In this document: one piece after another, positions 18,807 to 28,300 of the stretch
Position numbering within the stretch: the stretch's first letter is position 1
Layout of the letters: each line of letters begins with the position of its first letter
From: an uncultured Anaerofilum sp.
GTDB lineage: Bacteria > Bacillota > Clostridia > Oscillospirales > Ruminococcaceae
Reading direction: 5' to 3'
Assembly (NCBI GenBank): GCA_944385935.1
Contig: CALWZC010000004.1
Location: 75,426-139,425 of the forward strand
Length of the DNA: 64,000 nt
Made by a program: the position numbers and the translations under genes
Notes under the pieces: generated by a model
What the model was told of the DNA's origin: nothing
Database searches by the model: none
What the model saw: only the letters and a program-made list of their open reading frames with translations

Positions 18807-19625
18807 ATGAAAAAAACATTGAAAGATGTATTGGTGATATGCAATTTAGATAATGCACTGATGACACCAGCACAAGAAATTCTTTCTTGCAATGTGGAAA
18901 TGGTGCGTTTGTTTTGCACGTTGGGGGGAAGGTTTACCATTGCCACTGCAAGAACTCTTTCCTCAACCAAAGAAGTAGTGAAAGACTTGTGTATCAATGC
19001 ACCAGTGGCAGTGTGTGGCGGGGGAATGGTAGTAGATTGGGAAAGTGAACAGGTGTTGCAAAAACACTGTTTAGACAGTCAAACAGCACTGCAACTGATA
19101 CAAGATGTACAGAGCAGATTTCCTGATACAGGCATTGAAATTGTGGACGATATGGGAAAAGTATTGGTATTACAGTCCTCAGCCTATACCAACGAGCATA
19201 TTATTCGTGAAAATCTGGAGTGTATTTATCAACCTCTAGAGGATATGCAATCCCCATGGACAAAAATTGTATTTACAGATTCTTCCAAAATGTTGCAGCG
19301 GATTTCTGCTTTTGTAGCAGATAGAAATTATTTCCAGTTACAGCCAGTGTTTACCAACCATATCTATTATGAAATAATGCCAGAAAAAGCAACAAAAGGC
19401 AATGCTTTAAAGACAATCTGCCAAAAAATTGATTTCCCTCTTGAAAACACTGTCGCAATCGGCGATTATTATAATGATATGGAGTTGTTAAAAACAGCCG
19501 GTTACGCTGTTGCAATGGGCAATGCCCCTTCGGAGGTAAAGCTCATCGCAGACCAAGTAACTGACGATTGCCAAGATGGGGGCGTCGCATCCTATTTATA
19601 CCATCTAATTAAACATTATGCGTGA
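18807..19625 (+). CDS. Cof-type HAD-IIB family hydrolase (sugar phosphatase)
   Basis: HAD motif I variant near N-terminus; GDYYNDMELL motif; Cof-like length. Confidence 0.75.
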   Translation: MKKTLKDVLVICNLDNALMTPAQEILSCNVEMVRLFCTLGGRFTIATARTLSSTKEVVKDLCINAPVAVCGGGMVVDWESEQVLQKHCLDSQTALQLIQDVQSRFPDTGIEIVDDMGKVLVLQSSAYTNEHIIRENLECIYQPLEDMQSPWTKIVFTDSSKMLQRISAFVADRNYFQLQPVFTNHIYYEIMPEKATKGNALKTICQKIDFPLENTVAIGDYYNDMELLKTAGYAVAMGNAPSEVKLIADQVTDDCQDGGVASYLYHLIKHYA

Positions 19626-19638
19626 GGTGTTAAAACAC

Positions 19639-20484
19639 ATGGAGCAAACTCGCAAAAGAGAGCTGCAAAAAATAGCCAACCGGATTCGTCAAGGCGTTCT
19701 GGAAGCCACTTTTTCCGCACAAAGCGGTCATCCCGGTGGTTCCTTGTCAATCTCTGACACATTGGCATACTTGTATTTTGAGCAGATGAACCTTGACCCT
19801 TCCAACCCCAAATGGGAAGAGCGTGACCGTTTGGTTTTGTCAAAGGGACATTGCTGCCCAGCCTTGTACACAGCATTGGCAGAGAAAGGATACTTTGACA
19901 AAAGTGAGTTGAAGGGATTCCGCCGTATTGGTGCAATGCTGCAAGGCCATCCTGATATGAAAAATATCCCTGGTGTGGACATGAGCTCTGGTAGCTTGGG
20001 ACAGGGTATTTCTGCTGCCTGTGGTATGGCATTGGCTGCAAAGCTGTCTGGAAAGAACTGGAAGGTATACACCATTTTGGGTGATGGCGAATTGCAAGAA
20101 GGTCAGGTGTGGGAGGCTGCTATGTTTGCAGGTTTCCGCAAGCTGGATAACCTCATCGCCATTGTGGACAATAACAATTTGCAGATTGATGGCAAGGTAA
20201 GCGATGTTTGCTCGGTCTACCCCATTGAAGATAAGTTTGCAGCATTTGGATGGCATACAATTTCTGTGGATGCCCACGATTTTGACAGTCTGGATGCAGG
20301 ATTTAAAGAGGCATTGACCATCACTGGAAAACCCGTTGTACTGGTACAAAAGTCTGTAAAGGGCAAGGGCGTTTCCTTCATGGAGAACAATGCTGGCTGG
20401 CATGGTAAAGCTACCAATGCACAAGAATATGAGCAGGCAATGGGCGAGTTAAAGGCCGCTTATGCAGAACTGGAGGTAGAATAA
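19639..20484 (+). CDS. transketolase, N-terminal subunit
   Basis: TPP-binding SGHPGGSLS, GDGELQEGQVWEA; start chosen at ATG 19639 with GTGAGGTG RBS. Confidence 0.9.
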   Translation: MEQTRKRELQKIANRIRQGVLEATFSAQSGHPGGSLSISDTLAYLYFEQMNLDPSNPKWEERDRLVLSKGHCCPALYTALAEKGYFDKSELKGFRRIGAMLQGHPDMKNIPGVDMSSGSLGQGISAACGMALAAKLSGKNWKVYTILGDGELQEGQVWEAAMFAGFRKLDNLIAIVDNNNLQIDGKVSDVCSVYPIEDKFAAFGWHTISVDAHDFDSLDAGFKEALTITGKPVVLVQKSVKGKGVSFMENNAGWHGKATNAQEYEQAMGELKAAYAELEVE

Positions 20485-20486
20485 CC

Positions 20487-21428
20487 ATGGCAGAAACCAA
20501 AAGAATTGCAACTCGTGACAGCTATGGCAAAGCATTGGCAGAGCTGGGCCGAGAAAACGAAAATATTGTGGTACTGGATGCAGACTTAGCAGACTCCACC
20601 CGAACTTCCGTGTTCCGCAAGGAATTCCCTGATAGACATATTGACTGCGGTATTGCAGAATCTAACATGATGAGCATTGCAGCAGGTTTGGCTGCCGCAG
20701 GAAAGATTCCCTTTGCTTCCAGCTTTGCCATGTTTGCCGCAGGTCGTGCCTATGAGCAGATTCGTAACTCCATTGGTTATCCTCACTTGAATGTGAAGAT
20801 TTGTGCAAGCCATGCAGGCATTTCTGTAGGTGAGGATGGTGCTACCCATCAATGCAATGAGGATATGTTATTGATGCGCAGCATTCCCGGAATGGTGGTT
20901 ATTAACCCCGCTGATGATGTGGAAGCTCGTGCTGCGGTAAAGGCTGCCGCTGCTTATGAAGGCCCCGTTTACATCCGTTTGGGCCGTTTGGCTGTACCTG
21001 TGGTAAATGACGAGGAAAGCTTTACCTTCCAGATTGGCAAGGCTGTTACATTGCGTGAAGGCAATGACATTACCATTATTGCCACTGGCTTGATGGTAGA
21101 ACGTGCATTGCAGGCCGCCGACCAATTGGAAAGCCAAGGCATTCATGCTCGTGTAATTGATATGCATACCATCAAACCCATTGACCGTGAGGCTATTCTG
21201 TCCGCTGCACGGGAAACCAAGGGTATTGTTACCGCTGAGGAACACAGTGTTATTGGTGGTTTGTATAGTGCAGTATGCGAGGTGGTGTGTGCTGAAGCAC
21301 CCTGCGAGGTCGCACCTGTTGCAGTAATGGATGAGTTTGGTTGTTCTGGAGCAGCATTGGACTTGTTGGAGCTGTACAACCTAAATGCCAAAACCATCGT
21401 GGAAAAAGCAAAAGAAATTTTGGCATAA
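20487..21428 (+). CDS. transketolase, C-terminal subunit
   Basis: pyrimidine-binding and C-terminal transketolase domains; adjacent to N subunit. Confidence 0.9.
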   Translation: MAETKRIATRDSYGKALAELGRENENIVVLDADLADSTRTSVFRKEFPDRHIDCGIAESNMMSIAAGLAAAGKIPFASSFAMFAAGRAYEQIRNSIGYPHLNVKICASHAGISVGEDGATHQCNEDMLLMRSIPGMVVINPADDVEARAAVKAAAAYEGPVYIRLGRLAVPVVNDEESFTFQIGKAVTLREGNDITIIATGLMVERALQAADQLESQGIHARVIDMHTIKPIDREAILSAARETKGIVTAEEHSVIGGLYSAVCEVVCAEAPCEVAPVAVMDEFGCSGAALDLLELYNLNAKTIVEKAKEILA

Positions 21429-21452
21429 ATTTATAACAAAATAGGATAAAAA

Positions 21453-21488
21453 CTACCCTGTACGGCTTTTTGTGCAGGGTAGTTTTTT
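21453..21488 (+). terminator. rho-independent terminator after transketolase
   Basis: CTACCCTG...CAGGGTAG stem then TTTTTTG. Confidence 0.8.
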
Positions 21489-21528
21489 GTAACCCTAGTA
21501 AATGATACTATATATTTATAGATATTAC

Positions 21529-21557
21529 TTGACAAAAATGTAATTGCAGAGTACAAT
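21529..21557 (+). promoter_or_regulatory. sigma-70-like promoter (-35 TTGACA, 17 nt, -10 TACAAT)
   Basis: TTGACA 21529-21534, TACAAT 21552-21557. Confidence 0.5.
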
Positions 21558-21597
21558 GAACATTGTTCAATTTCTGTTTACTTAAGGAGGAAGATGT

Positions 21598-22017
21598 ATG
21601 AAAATGAAAAGGTATTTTATGAACAGCAGTCTATTGTATACTGTACTGGCTATGGTTTTTGGTGTGTTTTATCGTGAGTTTACAAAATTCAATAGCTTTA
21701 TGGCTCCCACAAAATTATCCTTTATTCACCCTCATTATTTTGTGTTAGGAATGGTATTCTTTTTGCTGTTGTTGATTCTGGAAAAGCAATTTTCTTTTTC
21801 CACAGAAAAAACAAAAAAGATTTTGGTTGCATATCATGTTGGTTTGAATATTGCGGTAGCAGGATTTTTGGCAAGAGGAATTATGCAGGTGTGGGATATT
21901 GTGCCCTCTAAAGCACTGGATGCTTCTCTGTCTGGTATTGCAGGTATTGGCCATGTGTTGCTGGGCGTTTCTATGATTTTGATTTCTCTGCAAATTCGCA
22001 AGAGTGTAGCAGAATAA
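21598..22017 (+). CDS. small integral membrane protein (DUF2871-like)
   Basis: AAGGAGG RBS; 4 predicted TM helices, 139 aa. Confidence 0.5.
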   Translation: MKMKRYFMNSSLLYTVLAMVFGVFYREFTKFNSFMAPTKLSFIHPHYFVLGMVFFLLLLILEKQFSFSTEKTKKILVAYHVGLNIAVAGFLARGIMQVWDIVPSKALDASLSGIAGIGHVLLGVSMILISLQIRKSVAE

Positions 22018-22040
22018 AACCTAATTTCGTGAAAATTTTC

Positions 22041-22069
22041 TTGTCAAAAGCAGAAAATTTTTGTACAAT
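22041..22069 (+). promoter_or_regulatory. sigma-70-like promoter with extended -10 (TTGTCA, 17 nt, TG-TACAAT)
   Basis: TTGTCA 22041-22046, TGTACAAT 22062-22069. Confidence 0.5.
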
Positions 22070-22105
22070 GTTTTTGACGAAAAATAGCGAAAAGAGGAGA
22101 AAAAT

Positions 22106-22846
22106 ATGGGATTATGGGCAATGCTAAAAGGGGAGGAGCCGAGTTTCTTTCAACAGAAGTCTTTGCCACGAGATACCGGACAACGAGGGGAATATCTGAT
22201 TGCCTATGCACTGAAACATGGCAGACTCAAAGGAAAATACCGAATTTTTCAAAATTTGTATATCCCCACTGCAAATGGCACCACCGAAATTGATATTTTG
22301 CTTTTACATGAAAAAGGGCTTTTTGTGATAGAGAGCAAAAACTATCAGGGAAGTATTTTTGCTGACCCTCAAAATCGAAATTGGATGCAGGTTATCAAAA
22401 AGCAACCCTATGGATTTTTTAACCCCATCCGACAAAATCAAATCCATATTCATGCTTTGGCACAGTATTTGAATATCCCTACTGAGCATTGTACCTCCCT
22501 TGTGGTATTTTCCAACAAAAGTAGAGTAACAATTTTGCCACATACCTATCCACAAACTTTTGTTATCCGCCGAAAACAGCTTTTGTCTCTCCTTCGCAGA
22601 CAACTTAGACAGATGCAAAAATTGTATTTTTCTAGGCAGATAGATGATTTTTCTTTCTTGTTGGAAAGGACAATCAATGTGACATCGCAACAGAAGCAAC
22701 AGCATATTCATCAAGTGCAAAATCGTGTAGAGCCTCCCTGTTGCCCTATATGTTATAGCCCTATGGTAAGAAGAAAAGGACCCTATGGAGAGTTTTGGAG
22801 TTGCAGTAGCTACCCACATTGCCAATATACTTCAAAATTGCAATAA
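22106..22846 (+). CDS. NERD (nuclease-related domain) protein with C-terminal topoisomerase-type C4 zinc ribbon
   Basis: NERD core YLIAYALKHG...NLYIP...EIDILLLHEKGLFVIESKNY; C-terminal CPICYSPM...CSSYPHCQY. Confidence 0.7.
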   Translation: MGLWAMLKGEEPSFFQQKSLPRDTGQRGEYLIAYALKHGRLKGKYRIFQNLYIPTANGTTEIDILLLHEKGLFVIESKNYQGSIFADPQNRNWMQVIKKQPYGFFNPIRQNQIHIHALAQYLNIPTEHCTSLVVFSNKSRVTILPHTYPQTFVIRRKQLLSLLRRQLRQMQKLYFSRQIDDFSFLLERTINVTSQQKQQHIHQVQNRVEPPCCPICYSPMVRRKGPYGEFWSCSSYPHCQYTSKLQ

Positions 22847-22915
22847 AACCTCGTTTTGTAACCCATAATTTTTTAGTGACTGCGTAAAAAAGCGACAAAT
22901 TTCCCAAAAGGAAGA

Positions 22916-22944
22916 TTGACAAGCGGCAGGGAATACACTATCAT
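22916..22944 (+). promoter_or_regulatory. sigma-70-like promoter of guaA (-35 TTGACA, 17 nt, -10 TATCAT)
   Basis: TTGACA 22916-22921; TATCAT 22939-22944; about 40-nt leader, no riboswitch. Confidence 0.5.
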
Positions 22945-22985
22945 GTAAATAATTATACTTGCTTTTGTATTGCAGGAGGAATAGA

Positions 22986-24527
22986 ATGTCACAGAGTGTA
23001 TTAGTAGTGGATTTTGGTGGCCAATACAATCAGCTGATTGCAAGGCGTGTGCGTGAGTGCAATGTATACAGTGAAATTGTACCGTATACCAAAGCACTAG
23101 AGGCAGCCAAAGAGAAAAAGCCCATGGGTATTATCTTCACCGGTGGCCCCAATAGCGTGTATGAGGACAATGCACCTACCATCAACACTGAGATTTTTGA
23201 GCTGGGAATTCCTGTTTTGGGCATTTGCTATGGCTCTCAGTTGATGATGCATTTACTGGGTGGTCATGTATGCAAGGCTCCTGAACGGGAATATGGAAAA
23301 ACAGAGGTAATGGTAGATACTTCTAGCAAGATGTTCCAAGGAGTAAGCCCCACTACTATCTGTTGGATGAGCCATAACGACTACATCGAAACCGCTGCGC
23401 CGGGCTTTGCAATTTCTGCCCATACTGCCAACTGTCCCGTGGCAGCAGTAGAAATGCCCGAAAAGAATTTGTATGCAGTACAGTTCCATCCAGAGGTATT
23501 GCATACACAAGAAGGCAAAAAGATGTTGGCCAACTTTGTGTATAATGTATGTGGCTGTGCCGGCGATTGGAAGATGGATTCTTTTGTGGAGCAGTCTGTA
23601 GCAACCCTGCGAGAGAAAATCGGCAGTGGCAAGGTGCTTTGTGCTCTTTCTGGTGGTGTAGATTCCTCTGTAGCTGCTGTTATGTTGGCAAAAGCTGTTG
23701 GCAAACAGTTAACTTGTGTGTTTGTAGACCACGGTTTGTTGCGTAAAAATGAGAGTGAAGAAGTAGAGGCAGTGTTTGGGCCAAACGGGCCTTATGACCT
23801 GAACTTTATCCGTGTGGATGCTCGCCAGCGGTTCTATTCCAAGTTGAAGGGCGTAGAAGACCCTGAAACCAAACGCAAGATTATTGGCGAAGAGTTTATC
23901 CGTGTGTTTGAAGAAGAAGCCAAAAAGATTGGTACAGTAGACTTTTTGGTTCAAGGAACCATCTATCCCGATGTTGTAGAAAGTGGTTTTGGTGGAGAAT
24001 CTACTGTAATTAAAAGTCATCATAATGTAGGCGGTCTGCCAGATTATGTAGACTTCAAGGAGATTGTAGAGCCTTTGCGTGACCTGTTCAAGGACGAAGT
24101 TCGTCAGGCAGGCCGTGAAATGGGAATCCCAGAATATCTGGTAAGCCGTCAGCCTTTCCCCGGCCCCGGTTTGGCAATCCGTATCATTGGAGAGGTAACA
24201 GAGGAAAAAATTAAGATGGTGCAAGATGCAGATGCTATCTGGCGTGAGGAAATTGCTGCCAGCGGCGAGGATAAGCATTTAGGTCAGTATTTTGCAGCAC
24301 TTACCAATATGCGTAGCGTAGGTGTTATGGGTGATGAGCGCACCTATGATTATGCCATTGCTTTGCGTGCAGTAACCACCACTGATTTTATGACCGCAGA
24401 GCCAGCCTACCTACCTTGGGATTTGATTGCAAAAGTTACCAGTCGTATTGTAAACGAAGTGCCCCATATTAACCGTGTCATGTACGATTGCACAGGAAAA
24501 CCTCCCGCAACCATCGAATTTGAATAA
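22986..24527 (+). CDS. guaA: GMP synthase (glutamine-hydrolysing)
   Basis: Start [14 protein letters not shown] after AGGAGG; GATase1 domain, PP-loop SGGVDSSV, C-terminal dimerization ending TIEFE. Confidence 0.95.
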   Translation: MSQSVLVVDFGGQYNQLIARRVRECNVYSEIVPYTKALEAAKEKKPMGIIFTGGPNSVYEDNAPTINTEIFELGIPVLGICYGSQLMMHLLGGHVCKAPEREYGKTEVMVDTSSKMFQGVSPTTICWMSHNDYIETAAPGFAISAHTANCPVAAVEMPEKNLYAVQFHPEVLHTQEGKKMLANFVYNVCGCAGDWKMDSFVEQSVATLREKIGSGKVLCALSGGVDSSVAAVMLAKAVGKQLTCVFVDHGLLRKNESEEVEAVFGPNGPYDLNFIRVDARQRFYSKLKGVEDPETKRKIIGEEFIRVFEEEAKKIGTVDFLVQGTIYPDVVESGFGGESTVIKSHHNVGGLPDYVDFKEIVEPLRDLFKDEVRQAGREMGIPEYLVSRQPFPGPGLAIRIIGEVTEEKIKMVQDADAIWREEIAASGEDKHLGQYFAALTNMRSVGVMGDERTYDYAIALRAVTTTDFMTAEPAYLPWDLIAKVTSRIVNEVPHINRVMYDCTGKPPATIEFE

Positions 24528-24536
24528 ATAATACAA

Positions 24537-24577
24537 CCCCGGAAATCCCGTATTTATGCGGGTTTCCGGGGTTTTTA
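24537..24577 (+). terminator. rho-independent terminator after guaA
   Basis: CCCCGGAAATCCCG...CGGGTTTCCGGGG stem then TTTTT. Confidence 0.85.
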
Positions 24578-24641
24578 TGCCTTGTTTGAAAGACATATTT
24601 CTCAAAGAAATATGTGTAAATAAAGAAAAGAGGATAGTGGT

Positions 24642-27299
24642 ATGGCAAAAAAGAACGTTGTAGAGGAAGCAAAAAAATCTGCTTATCAAACAGTAGAACA
24701 ACTGTGTCAACAACTAGAAATCACACCAAATGGTTTAAAAGAATCGCAAATAGAAACAATGCGACAAGGATATGGAGCAAATGTTTTTTACCAGAAAAAA
24801 AGAATGCGAGTTGTAAACGCTCTGGCAAAAGCATTTATCACTCCTTTTCATGGTATTCTGTTTTTATTGGCTGTAATATCTGTGACAACAGATGTGTTTG
24901 TAGGCCAGAATTTTGCGAGAAACACCAGTACGGCGTTTATTATTTTTGCAATGATTATCATTAGTGGTACAATCCGCTTGGTGCAAGAGTTACGGGCAAA
25001 GTATGCCGCAGACCAACTAGACAAGCTATTACATGGGAATGTTTTAGTAAAGCGAGATAACATCTGGAAAGAAATTCCCGCAGAAAAACTGGTTGTAGGG
25101 GATTTGGTTTCCTTTGCCGCAGGGGATAGAATCCCCGCAGATATACGCTTGACCCAGACAACAGACCTATTTATTTCTCAAGCTGCCATTACAGGGGAAA
25201 GTGCCATATTAGAAAAAAATAGTGATGTGGTGCCTCCTTTAGACAAAGGAGCTTTAACGGAAAAAAGCAATCTTGCCTTTACAGCCACAGTGGTGATAAG
25301 TGGAAAAGGGCAAGGCATTGTAGTAGCTGTGGGAGAAAATACCCTATATGGTAGTGCTGCAAAAACACAAGGAGCAAGAAAAAATTCCTTTCAAAAAGGA
25401 GCAAACTCCATTGCTTGGGTTATGCTGCGATTTATGGCTGTTTTAATACCTATTGTATTTGTTGTAATTGGTATTACAGGAGGAAAATGGGCAGAATCTC
25501 TTGCCTTTGCCCTTTCGGTGTCGGTGGTGCTAATTCCCGAAATGCTCCCTATGGTCATTACTGCCTGCCTCGACAAAGGTAGCCTTTCTATGAGCAAAAA
25601 GCAAACCATTGTAAAAAATATCAATGCCATGCAGAGCTTTGGCAGTATGGATGTACTTTGCATGGATAAGACGGGAACCTTGACCAATGAAAGCATTTTG
25701 CTGGAGTACTATATGGATGTGTTGGGCAACGAAAAGCCCAAGGTGCTGGATTTTGCCTATCTAAACAGTAGTTATCATTCTGGTGTGCGCAATCCCATTG
25801 ATAACGCCATTCTTGCTTGTCATACAATGCCCAATAAACAACAGCATTTTTGCAACCTAACAAAGCAGTATCACAAAATGGATGAAATCCCTTTTGATTA
25901 TACCCGAAAAATAGCAAGTGTTCTTGTACAAGATAATACAGGTAGCTGTGAAATGATTGTAAAAGGGGATATTGAGGAGGTAGTTCGACGCTGTACGTCC
26001 ATTGAGTATCAGGGGCAAGTATTGCCAATGGAAAACCAAAGCATGGAAAATGTATGGTCTGTGGTGGAAGAAATGCTGCAAGATGGAATGAAAGTAATTG
26101 CAGTAGCCAGCAAGCCTATCTGTGGTCAAACCATTTGCCAAAAGGATGAACAAGAATTGACCTTGATGGGGTACATTGCATTTTTTGATGCACCAAAAGC
26201 CACAGCCAAAGAATCTATAAAAGCATTGCAAAAGTTGCAGGTTGCCCCCAAAATACTTACAGGAGATAAAGCACAGGTTGCAATGTCCATCTGTCGGCGT
26301 GTGGGAATTTCTCCACAGGGACTGCTAACAGGAGCACAACTGGAAGAATTAACAGAACAACAGCTCGTTGACGCCGTGCAGAGAGTGAATGTATTTGCCG
26401 AGCTTACCCCCAGCCAAAAGGTGAGCTTGGTTGCCGCTTTGCAAAAAAACAATCACACGGTGGGATTTTTGGGGGATGGAATCAATGATATTCCTGCTAT
26501 GAATCAAGCTGATGTGGGAATTTCGGTGGATACCGCAGTGGATGCCGCAAAAGAGGCGGCAGATGTGGTGTTGCTGCAAAAGGATTTGAATGTTTTGGAA
26601 CAGGGAATTTTGGAGGGCCGCAGGATTTTTACCAACATGCTAAAGTACATAAAAATTACTGCCAGTTCCAATTTTGGAAACATTTTGTCCATTGTTTGTG
26701 CCAGTGCCTTTTTGCCTTTTTTGCCCATGACATCCATTCAGATTCTCTTACTCAACCTGTTGTATGACACTCTATGTATTGTTTTACCTTGGGATGCAGT
26801 AGATGATGAGGCTATTGCTTGCCCAAAGGAATGGAATGGAAAAACACTGGGACGTTTTATGAGATGGTTTGGCCCAATTAGCTCTTTGTTTGATATTGGA
26901 ACATTTGTGTTTTTATACTATATTATTTGCCCTATGTTGTGTGGGGGACAGCTATACCACACCATTTCAGACAGAGCATTGCAAATGCAATACATTGCTG
27001 TTTTTCAAACAGGGTGGTTTTTGGAATCCATGTGGACACAGATTTTGATTTTACACTTTTTGCGAACACCTAAAATTCCTTTTATCCAAAGTAGACCTTC
27101 TATTCCTGTTGTCTGTATCACCTTTGTTGGGCTTCTTGTCTTGACAGCACTTCCCTTTGTGGCAACAGGGGCATTGTTTGGGTTTACAAAACTTCCTTTT
27201 TGGTATTTTGGATTTTTGGCAGTGACAGCATTGTGTTATATGATATTAAGTACATTATGTAAATCCCGCTATCAAAAAAAATATCAGGAGCTTATCTAA
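24642..27299 (+). CDS. mgtA: magnesium-translocating P-type ATPase (MgtA-like)
   Basis: 885 aa; phosphorylation site CMDKTGTLT; TM4 IPEMLPMV (Mg-ATPase-type PEML); GDGINDIPA; 10 TM helices. Confidence 0.8.
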   Translation: MAKKNVVEEAKKSAYQTVEQLCQQLEITPNGLKESQIETMRQGYGANVFYQKKRMRVVNALAKAFITPFHGILFLLAVISVTTDVFVGQNFARNTSTAFIIFAMIIISGTIRLVQELRAKYAADQLDKLLHGNVLVKRDNIWKEIPAEKLVVGDLVSFAAGDRIPADIRLTQTTDLFISQAAITGESAILEKNSDVVPPLDKGALTEKSNLAFTATVVISGKGQGIVVAVGENTLYGSAAKTQGARKNSFQKGANSIAWVMLRFMAVLIPIVFVVIGITGGKWAESLAFALSVSVVLIPEMLPMVITACLDKGSLSMSKKQTIVKNINAMQSFGSMDVLCMDKTGTLTNESILLEYYMDVLGNEKPKVLDFAYLNSSYHSGVRNPIDNAILACHTMPNKQQHFCNLTKQYHKMDEIPFDYTRKIASVLVQDNTGSCEMIVKGDIEEVVRRCTSIEYQGQVLPMENQSMENVWSVVEEMLQDGMKVIAVASKPICGQTICQKDEQELTLMGYIAFFDAPKATAKESIKALQKLQVAPKILTGDKAQVAMSICRRVGISPQGLLTGAQLEELTEQQLVDAVQRVNVFAELTPSQKVSLVAALQKNNHTVGFLGDGINDIPAMNQADVGISVDTAVDAAKEAADVVLLQKDLNVLEQGILEGRRIFTNMLKYIKITASSNFGNILSIVCASAFLPFLPMTSIQILLLNLLYDTLCIVLPWDAVDDEAIACPKEWNGKTLGRFMRWFGPISSLFDIGTFVFLYYIICPMLCGGQLYHTISDRALQMQYIAVFQTGWFLESMWTQILILHFLRTPKIPFIQSRPSIPVVCITFVGLLVLTALPFVATGALFGFTKLPFWYFGFLAVTALCYMILSTLCKSRYQKKYQELI

Positions 27300-27315
27300 A
27301 AGGGGGTGTTGTGGA

Positions 27316-28014
27316 TTGAAACAGAAAATCAGCTTTGTTCCTTTGGATGCAGACTTGCAACTTTGGCTATTGGAAAAATTGTTAAAGGAGCCACCCCAAA
27401 GCCCCTACACAGCAGAGTTTTTGCAAGGGGTTCGCAATCTAATTTGTGGACAAACGAGCTCGCTACTTCTAGGAAGTCCTGAACAAAAGGGAGTAGTGGA
27501 ACAGGGATTGTCCGAAAGCATTGTAGTGGGAGAGTTGGAAATATCCCCTAAAAATAGAAAGGTCATCCTACAAGGGAAAGAGATAAGCCTCACCCCAAAA
27601 GAATTTGATATTTTGTATTTTTTGGTGGAAAATAGGGGAGGAGTGTTATTCAACGACTTGCCTGCCCATTTTAGTGGAGCAGAGTTGGCAGCGGTACAAG
27701 CAAAATATATCGGGCTATTTCAAGCCGGCTGGTTTGTAGAATCCATGTGGAGCCAAACATTGGTGATTCACATGATTCGTACCCCAAAATTGCCTTTCTT
27801 GCAAAGCCGAGCTTCTGCACCTGTCACACTGCTTACCATGGCGGGAATTGTGGTGCTTACTATCATTCCTTTCACTGGTTTTGGTGCTATGCTAGGATTT
27901 ACTTCTTTGCCCATTGTTTATTTTGCTTATCTCATTCCTTGCATTGTGCTGTATATGGCTTTGGCAACCAGCTTGAAAAAAGCCTACGTTCGCCACTATG
28001 GAGAATTGCTATAA
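27316..28014 (+). CDS. mosaic protein: OmpR-type winged-helix fragment fused to a diverged copy of the MgtA C-terminal two TM helices
   Basis: TTG start after AGGGGGTG; middle segment ISLTPKEFDILYFLVENRGGVL matches OmpR/PhoB trans_reg_C core; last ~105 aa about 50% identical to MgtA residues 780-885. Confidence 0.5.
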   Translation: MKQKISFVPLDADLQLWLLEKLLKEPPQSPYTAEFLQGVRNLICGQTSSLLLGSPEQKGVVEQGLSESIVVGELEISPKNRKVILQGKEISLTPKEFDILYFLVENRGGVLFNDLPAHFSGAELAAVQAKYIGLFQAGWFVESMWSQTLVIHMIRTPKLPFLQSRASAPVTLLTMAGIVVLTIIPFTGFGAMLGFTSLPIVYFAYLIPCIVLYMALATSLKKAYVRHYGELL

Positions 28015-28028
28015 AGGGGGGTACCTGC

Positions 28029-28184
28029 ATGAATTGGAAAGCTGTATGGATGACCCTATTTCATACCACCAATTGGATGGGCATTGATGTAGGATTTTGG
28101 GTTGTATTCACTGCTGTGCTGCTGATTGTAGTGGCAATGAACCTTGTATTTTGGAGTATGAAGCCAAGACAATCGAAAAAATAA
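28029..28184 (+). CDS. 51-aa single-TM membrane peptide
   Basis: ATG 28029 after AGGGGGG; one hydrophobic helix IDVGFWVVFTAVLLIVVAMNLVFW then basic tail KPRQSKK; terminator follows. Confidence 0.4.
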   Translation: MNWKAVWMTLFHTTNWMGIDVGFWVVFTAVLLIVVAMNLVFWSMKPRQSKK

Positions 28185-28192
28185 AAAACGAA

Positions 28193-28239
28193 AAATCCTT
28201 CAAAGGTCTTATTTCAAAGGCCCTTGAAGGATTTTTTTG
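28193..28239 (+). terminator. rho-independent terminator
   Basis: TCCTTCAAAGG...CCCTTGAAGGA stem then TTTTTTTG. Confidence 0.75.
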
Positions 28240-28247
28240 TTTACCTG

Positions 28248-28288
28248 TTGACAAGACTGTGCTATCTGTATATACTGTATATATACAG
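28248..28288 (+). promoter_or_regulatory. promoter (-35 TTGACA, 17 nt, -10 TATACT) overlapped by palindromic operator TGTATATATACA for the GntR/YtrA-like operon
   Basis: TTGACA 28248-28253, TATACT 28271-28276, perfect 12-bp palindrome 28276-28287 with upstream half-site CTGTATATAC. Confidence 0.5.
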
Positions 28289-28300
28289 ATAAGAGGTGAT

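Noticed and set aside
22847-22985. Possible purine riboswitch upstream of guaA
   Set aside because: The leader between the predicted promoter -10 (22939-22944) and the ATG is only about 40 nt, and no purine-riboswitch consensus is present.
28097-28300. N-terminal extension of the GntR ORF (MGCIHCCAADCSG...)
   Set aside because: The promoter and palindromic operator lie inside the extension. A good RBS and ATG at 28301 give a canonical 126-aa YtrA-type regulator.
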